From: an uncultured virus (IMG/VR IMGVR_UViG_3300037493_005394)
Taxonomy: Duplodnaviria > Heunggongvirae > Uroviricota > Caudoviricetes
Strand: one strand, 5' to 3'
IMG/VR virus record: IMGVR_UViG_3300037493_005394
Length of the DNA: 20,000 nt
Position 1 is the first letter of the stretch. The number at the start of each line of letters is the position of its first letter. This document shows positions 15,004 to 20,000 of this stretch, piece by piece. A model generated the notes under the pieces. It was not told where the DNA came from and did no database searches. It worked only from the letters and a program-made list of their open reading frames with translations. The translations under genes were made by a program, and so were the position numbers.

Positions 15004-15074
15004 TTGACAAACCCCCTGTGGTCATGGGATGACGACGGCGCCCCTAATTTGAATTTGCGTATGCGCATGCGCAA
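15004..15074 (+). promoter_or_regulatory. TTGACAAACC -35 element (no clear -10) plus palindrome TTGCGTATGCGCATGCGCAA abutting the RBS
   Basis: Same 10-mer as at 3309, 5800 and 10754; palindrome at 15055-15074. Confidence 0.5.
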
Positions 15075-15086
15075 CGGAGGTCCCTC

Positions 15087-15509
15087 ATGACTGATACGCA
15101 GGCGGACGCCATGCGCCAGACCCCGGAAGGGTACCGTGCGACGCGCGAGGGCGAGATCGCGGAGGGCCTGAGCCTTGCGCAGGCGCGGCTCCTGGGGCTC
15201 GACCAGCCCGACATTCGGGGGCTCTACGAGATCATCCACAATCTACGGTATGCGCGCGAGCGCATGGTGGGGGTGGAGCGGATGGCGCGCGTGCTACTGG
15301 GGCACTACCAGGCGGCGCTGCGCGTGATCGCGCAGCAGTATGATGCTGAGTGGGCCGCAGAGGCGGTCGCGGCTGAGTTTGTATGGGATGATGGCGGCAT
15401 GCAGGCCATTGAAGTCGATGACCTCTGCGATCCCGTATGGATCGCGGCGGTGATGACACGCGGCCAGCGGGCCGGGAAAGCGGAGACCAATGGGACGCAG
15501 GACGGTTGA
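15087..15509 (+). CDS. hypothetical protein
   Basis: GGAGG RBS; GC3-rich. Confidence 0.65.
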   Translation: MTDTQADAMRQTPEGYRATREGEIAEGLSLAQARLLGLDQPDIRGLYEIIHNLRYARERMVGVERMARVLLGHYQAALRVIAQQYDAEWAAEAVAAEFVWDDGGMQAIEVDDLCDPVWIAAVMTRGQRAGKAETNGTQDG

Positions 15510-16179
15510 TCGCAAGCTGACGCTCGTGGGGGCGAATGGGCAGGCCCTCACGCGCGAGGTCTGGGGCGCGTGGGAGGAGCTGGACCCCGCGGTGGCGCGG
15601 GAGAACCTCGGGGTGCTCGTGGAGCGCGTGTGGCGCAACGATCGCTGCATGGTGCTCGCGCACTCCCTGCCGTCGGTGATGTTCAAGGATCCCAACGGGG
15701 AGCCCCTCATGCTTACGCACCTGGCCATGGTGGGCACGAAGGACCACGTAGACCTCACGTGGGACGAGGCGCAGCGCGCGAAGGCCGAGCTGTTGGGCGC
15801 GGACACCGAGGCGATCGAGCTGTATCCGGCGGCGGACCGCGTGATGGAGGGCCTCACGGAGCGCCACCTTTGGGTCTTCCCGCGTGGGGTGAAGTTCCCC
15901 CTGGGCTTCGTCCCGCAGAACGTGCGGGTGCGGCCCGACGAGCGCGATGCCGAGGGGAATCTTGTGGTGCACCGGCTCACGCCGGAGGAGCTGGCGGCGG
16001 AGGCCGCGGCCCGCCCCGAGGGGGGGCTCACGCCGAGCGCGGCGGAGGCCCTGGGGCTGCCCGCGCCCGAGGTGGTTCCCGAGGTGCCTTCTGAAGCCGT
16101 GGGGGCGGTGGAGGCTCTGGCTGAGGAGGAGGCGGCAGCCGAGTTGGCGGCGATGCGCGCTGAGTTGGCAAAGGGATGA
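15490..16179 (+). CDS. widespread phage hypothetical protein (DUF7694-like) with acidic tail
   Basis: HL...TWDEAQRAKAELLG...EAIELYPA..R......HLW pattern; family name from memory, unverified. Confidence 0.65.
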   Translation: MGRRTVDRKLTLVGANGQALTREVWGAWEELDPAVARENLGVLVERVWRNDRCMVLAHSLPSVMFKDPNGEPLMLTHLAMVGTKDHVDLTWDEAQRAKAELLGADTEAIELYPAADRVMEGLTERHLWVFPRGVKFPLGFVPQNVRVRPDERDAEGNLVVHRLTPEELAAEAAARPEGGLTPSAAEALGLPAPEVVPEVPSEAVGAVEALAEEEAAAELAAMRAELAKG

Positions 16180-16182
16180 TCC

Positions 16183-16761
16183 GTGGCAGATCCGCGCGAT
16201 GCGGGGACGTGGGTGTGCACGCGGCGAGCCTCTACCTGGCACGTCCCGCGCTACATGGCGGAGCGCGCGGGCTATGTGGGGCCGTCGGGGTTCTACACGT
16301 TGCCAGCAGGATCGCGGGTGCGGCTGGCCGAGCACACGGCCGAGGTGCGCGCGCGGATGCGCGACGCGGCCAAGTGGGATGCCCGCAACAAGGACATCGT
16401 GCCGATCGAGCTGCATGGGGGCGTGGCCTATGTGCACGCGACGCTGTTGATCTCCGAGGCGAGCTATGAAGCCGCACTGGCGCGTGAGCGGGCCGAGCAC
16501 GGCGCCGCCGAGCGTGCACTGGGGGCGCAGCCCGGACGGCCTCTGGGTGCGAGCAACGCGGGGCCCTGCAGGGGTGCAGGTGGAGGCACAAGAGCGGATC
16601 CAGTGGGAGGGCTCGACGTGGGTGCGCCTGGGGCCGGACGGCCAGGAGGTGGCGCGGGGCCGCCCCGTGGAGCTGCGGACGATGTCGGAGTGGACGACGC
16701 TAGGGAGCCTGCCCTTGCCGCTGGCGACGGTGCGGGCGCTGGCCCCGTTGGCGCAGTTTGA
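16183..16761 (+). CDS. hypothetical protein; low-complexity 3' half overlaps the next gene
   Basis: First ~105 codons look coding; the remainder is Gly/Ala-rich shadow-like sequence. Confidence 0.5.
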   Translation: MADPRDAGTWVCTRRASTWHVPRYMAERAGYVGPSGFYTLPAGSRVRLAEHTAEVRARMRDAAKWDARNKDIVPIELHGGVAYVHATLLISEASYEAALARERAEHGAAERALGAQPGRPLGASNAGPCRGAGGGTRADPVGGLDVGAPGAGRPGGGAGPPRGAADDVGVDDAREPALAAGDGAGAGPVGAV

Positions 16762-17086
16762 TGGGCTGGCCTTCGGGCTCATGCGGCACGCCGTCGGGCT
16801 CATTGTCGGGGGGTGGGGCGAGCGGGCATCGGAGGTGCCGGGGTGGTTTGACCCCCTAGATGGTGGGGCATGGGTGGTCGCGGAGGCCATCTATGAGCTG
16901 GTTGGGCCCTGGTCGGCCCCGTTCACGGAGGATCTCGCGGGGGGCATGCTGCGGGGGGTGCGGTATGGTGATGGTCTTCTGACGGCGGACATGCGGGTGC
17001 TTGATCGCGTGTATCCCGTGTGCTGGGAGGGGCCGCGGGCTTTGGGGGCATTCGCGATCGGGGCGGTCCTCGATCTTGCGCGGTAG
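16466..17086 (+). CDS. hypothetical protein
   Basis: GC3-rich frame; start 16466 or GTG 16484. Confidence 0.6.
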   Translation: MKPHWRVSGPSTAPPSVHWGRSPDGLWVRATRGPAGVQVEAQERIQWEGSTWVRLGPDGQEVARGRPVELRTMSEWTTLGSLPLPLATVRALAPLAQFDGLAFGLMRHAVGLIVGGWGERASEVPGWFDPLDGGAWVVAEAIYELVGPWSAPFTEDLAGGMLRGVRYGDGLLTADMRVLDRVYPVCWEGPRALGAFAIGAVLDLAR

Positions 17087-17142
17087 GCGGTTGCGCGGGT
17101 AAGCTGGGGCACGGCCGAGGTGCCCGTGTTGCGAGGTTGAAC

Positions 17143-17448
17143 GTGGACGGTTACGACGATGCGGTGATGCTGTTGGATGAGCTGCTATGCATCAAGATTA
17201 ACCCAGCGGTGCGGCGGGATCTGCTGGCGATGCGCACGGGGCTGCGCGCGGGCATGGGGCTCGTGGCGGCGGACGGATCGCGCATTCGCCGTTTGGGGCA
17301 GGTCTATGGCGGCAAGTTGCGGGAGCTGCGCGAGGCGCGGGAGCGCGCGCGGTGCACGAACGGGCGACGGCGGGCGGGGCTTTGTAAGCAGGAGGTGGAG
17401 GAGCGGGTGGCCGCGCGCGAGCGCGCCGACAGCGAGCTGGGCTTCTAG
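17143..17448 (+). CDS. hypothetical protein
   Basis: GAGG RBS before GTG 17143; ends ELGF. Confidence 0.6.
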   Translation: MDGYDDAVMLLDELLCIKINPAVRRDLLAMRTGLRAGMGLVAADGSRIRRLGQVYGGKLRELREARERARCTNGRRRAGLCKQEVEERVAARERADSELGF

Positions 17449-17468
17449 CCCGGAGGAGCGGTGTAGAG

Positions 17469-17825
17469 ATGCAGGGACAGCAGGTGGAACAGCAGGCCGA
17501 GGATCGGCGGGCGCGCATCCCGCAGGGCGTGATCGAGGAGCTGCGGGGGCTGATCGAGGTGGTTGTGAAGACCATCGTCAACCACCCCGAGCGGGTGGTC
17601 GTGGACGTGGTGCCCGGCGCAAGCCGGCTCATCGCGGAGCTGCATACGCACCCCGACGACGTGGGGCAGGTCGTGGGGCGCAACGCGCACCTCATCTGCT
17701 CGCTGCGGTCGTTTGTGGCCGCCTTCCAGGGCAAGGCGGGGGTCCACATGGACCTCGACTACATCACGGAGAGCGAGAACAAGAGCCGCCGCAGTGCGGG
17801 TGGGATGGCGAGGCGCGGGGCGTGA
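17469..17825 (+). CDS. khpA: KhpA-like (UPF0109) single KH-domain protein
   Basis: LIEVVVKTIVNHPERVVV...ELHTHPDDVGQVVGRNAHLICSLRSFV matches the KhpA pattern (LV..P..V.V...L.V...D.G.VIG..G....A.R); GGAGG RBS. Confidence 0.8.
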   Translation: MQGQQVEQQAEDRRARIPQGVIEELRGLIEVVVKTIVNHPERVVVDVVPGASRLIAELHTHPDDVGQVVGRNAHLICSLRSFVAAFQGKAGVHMDLDYITESENKSRRSAGGMARRGA

Positions 17826-18241
17826 TGCACGCGTTGGCCAGGCGGCCCCCGGCGGCGGTGGCGCGGCGCGGGGCCTTCGCGGCGCTGGATGGCGACGTGC
17901 TGCGCGCCATGGGCCAGGCGACGGGGGCCATGGTTTTGGCCACCGACCGTGCGGTGCGGCGGGGCCTCGTCGCGCCGGGGGTCGGCATCGAGATCGCGCC
18001 GGGGTGCTTTGGGATGCCCTGGCAGGATCGCCTGCGGGACAGCGTGGCGTGCGCGGACGGCGTGGCCGCCCTACACCGGATCTCGCGCAACGTGGTGCGC
18101 CGCCGTGTATTGCGGATCGATGGGTGGGCGTGGGATGCGCGGGAGTTGCGGGCGCCGGCGTGGCTGGGGGCGGAGAGCGTGCCGCCGCGGGCCGTGGACC
18201 GCGTGTGTCCGGGCCTATGGGCGCGTCTGGTGCCGCTGTGA
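17825..18241 (+). CDS. hypothetical protein
   Basis: TGATG overlap; GC3-rich. Confidence 0.6.
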   Translation: MHALARRPPAAVARRGAFAALDGDVLRAMGQATGAMVLATDRAVRRGLVAPGVGIEIAPGCFGMPWQDRLRDSVACADGVAALHRISRNVVRRRVLRIDGWAWDARELRAPAWLGAESVPPRAVDRVCPGLWARLVPL

Positions 18242-18618
18242 GGGCCGCGCGGCCAGCCTATCTCGGAGACCGCGCGCGGATCATCGGGGACGACCTCCAC
18301 CCCGAGGAGGGCGTGGTCGAGGCTGTGGAGACGTGGCGCGACGGCGTGGAGGCGATGCGCGCGGCGGAGGCGCAGGAGTTCACGGCCCGGATCGACGGGC
18401 GGATGCGGCTGCATGGGGGGCGCGCGCGGTGGGCGCGGCTCGCGGTGCGGCTGGAGAGCGGGCGGATCCTTACGGTCGAGGCTCCGCAGTTTGTCATAGT
18501 TGAGAGCAGGGCTGCGATAGATCATCGCGGCAAACAGTTGAGGGCTGACGATGACCAAAAATTCAACGACGATACGGCGGCGGCCGGGGCTCGCGGAGCT
18601 ACAGGCGATCGCGGCTGA
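18238..18618 (+). CDS. hypothetical protein
   Basis: GTGA overlap with the previous stop. Confidence 0.55.
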   Translation: MRAARPAYLGDRARIIGDDLHPEEGVVEAVETWRDGVEAMRAAEAQEFTARIDGRMRLHGGRARWARLAVRLESGRILTVEAPQFVIVESRAAIDHRGKQLRADDDQKFNDDTAAAGARGATGDRG

Positions 18619-19138
18619 GGCGCAGGCGCGGACGCTCGCGGCGCGGGCCCTGAAGGCGGTGCTGCGGGCGCAGCGGCCTGAGCGGCAGCGGGGGCCGGAG
18701 GACGCGGGGGCCATGACGGCGGCACAGGTGGAGGCCGCGCAGGCGGATGCCGTGGTGGCGGCGGCGCGGGCCCGCCATGCGGGTGACGTGGTGCGCGTGT
18801 GGCGGGGGGCCATGCAGGAGCGCTACGGGAAGGACTATCAGCCCCCCGCCTGGACCGTCGTGCAGAAGCGCTGGGCCAAGATGCTCGTGCAGGAGTACGG
18901 CTGGGATCTGGTGCGTGCGGTGGTCGAGGCGACCATGGCCCGTGCGGCCAAGGGGGATCCGCCCACGATCGATATGTTGTATGCTGCGCGGGGGCGCGTC
19001 TTCGACGCGTGGCAGCTGCGGGGGGAGGTTCCCGTGCTGCGGCCCCCACGCAAGGGCGCGGCCAAGGATGAGGCGCGTGAGCGCAAGAAGAACTTTGACG
19101 AGTGGGATGGCCCGGAGGGCGGAGGGCGCCATGACTGA
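18551..19138 (+). CDS. hypothetical protein, possible replication initiator/loader partner
   Basis: Directly upstream of and overlapping the DnaC-like gene; function inferred from position only. Confidence 0.55.
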   Translation: MTKNSTTIRRRPGLAELQAIAAEAQARTLAARALKAVLRAQRPERQRGPEDAGAMTAAQVEAAQADAVVAAARARHAGDVVRVWRGAMQERYGKDYQPPAWTVVQKRWAKMLVQEYGWDLVRAVVEATMARAAKGDPPTIDMLYAARGRVFDAWQLRGEVPVLRPPRKGAAKDEARERKKNFDEWDGPEGGGRHD

Positions 19139-20000
19139 CGAACAGGATCTGGAGCAGGTGGCTGAGGCGCGGGCTGGGTTTCGACGGCAGCTGCTACTGG
19201 CGGATATGGAGCGGATGCGGATCCCCCCGCGCTATCGCGAGGCGCACTTCGATGGGGTGAGTGCGGGGCCGCACAAGATGGAGCTGTACAACTACCTCGT
19301 GGCGCTGGACGACATGCTGGCGCGCGGCGTGGGCCTCGTGCTGCACGGGAAGAACGGCACGGGGAAGTGCCTTTCGGATAGAGAGATCGTGGTAGCCAAT
19401 GGGCGGTTGCATAGGATTGGATCGTTGGCGAGTCCAATTTTGGCGTGTTCTCCCGTGGAAATGCCTGTGTATGCGGGGGATGGGCATTATGCTGTGGCAA
19501 CGCAGGTTTATGCGGATGGCATACAGCCTACACTTTGCATGGAACTGTCCAATGGATTGTGTGTCACGGCGACAGAGGAACACCGTGTGCGTGTATGGCG
19601 GGATAGTGGTGATGCCATGGTGCGCATGGGAGATCTTTGTGAGGATGATTTTGTTGCTGTTGATGCTCGTTGCGTTGTCAGCGATGGCGATCCAATGCGC
19701 ATTACCATTGGCGACCGAGATGTCGTTATTGATTGTGACGTGGCGTCTATGCTCGGATGGTTCATAGCTGAGGGTCGTGTGGTAAATTGCAAGAATGTAT
19801 TTTCAAATTCTAACAGTCTTGCCACAGAGCACGTTGTTAGCGTTATGGAGAGCCTTGGTTTTTGTCGTGGGCGTGGTGTAGTTCAGGAGAGCGGATGTAT
19901 TGATACGAGTATACGTGGTGGAAAAAAACTGAATGTGTTTATGACTGCATTGGGATGCGGCACAAGCGAGAGTGTTTGTATCTGTGATTCATTACTGTCT
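19131..20000 (+). CDS. DnaC/IstB-like AAA+ ATPase (helicase-loader type) interrupted by an intein; 3'-truncated
   Basis: Open frame of 290 codons to the window end, absent from the ORF track; RIPPRYREAHFD and GVGLVLHGKNGTGK Walker A; GGAGG RBS. Confidence 0.88.
   Translation, partial: MTDEQDLEQVAEARAGFRRQLLLADMERMRIPPRYREAHFDGVSAGPHKMELYNYLVALDDMLARGVGLVLHGKNGTGKCLSDREIVVANGRLHRIGSLASPILACSPVEMPVYAGDGHYAVATQVYADGIQPTLCMELSNGLCVTATEEHRVRVWRDSGDAMVRMGDLCEDDFVAVDARCVVSDGDPMRITIGDRDVVIDCDVASMLGWFIAEGRVVNCKNVFSNSNSLATEHVVSVMESLGFCRGRGVVQESGCIDTSIRGGKKLNVFMTALGCGTSESVCICDSLLS
19368..20000 (+). mobile_element. intein with LAGLIDADG homing endonuclease domain (partial)
   Basis: Begins CLSDREIVV straight after GTGK; block B TATEEH (His at 19581); LAGLIDADG-like LGWFIAEG (19752-19775); abrupt GC drop at 19368. 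Confidence 0.92.

Noticed and set aside
1649..18813. Long minus-strand ORFs (e.g. 1649-2923, 5622-7055, 15232-16890, 17764-18813)
   Set aside because: Shadow frames of GC-rich + strand genes; Arg/Pro/Ala-rich with no motifs.
19399..19767. ORF-track 122-aa ORF
   Set aside because: Alternative frame inside the intein-coding frame.

Overview
GC-rich, phage-like early/replication region. About 45 mostly small genes all lie on the + strand, many coupled by ATGA/GTGA overlaps. No structural genes, rRNA, tRNA or CRISPR array were seen. Recognisable genes: a 5'-truncated N4/N6 DNA methyltransferase, an intact TnpB with no transposase, an HExxH peptidase-like protein, a SNF2 helicase with two HARP-like repeats, a spermidine-synthase-like SAM-binding protein, a secreted OB-fold protein, a SWIM Zn-finger, a secreted SLT transglycosylase, a KhpA-like KH protein, and a DnaC/IstB-like ATPase whose Walker A is interrupted by a LAGLIDADG intein. 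That last gene is missing from the ORF track and runs off the window end. Main observation: two RNA-guided-nuclease-type elements, the 1265-bp tnpB cassette and a 188-bp protein-less element carrying a related but distinct omegaRNA scaffold. Each is bracketed by a direct repeat (8 and 12 bp) beginning at the scaffold's terminal dinucleotide, and removing either restores normal gene coupling. Also seen: AT-rich recoded patches at intein-type target motifs, a TTGACAAACC promoter family and two classes of repeated palindromic sites. All family calls come from motif recognition by eye; no searches were run.
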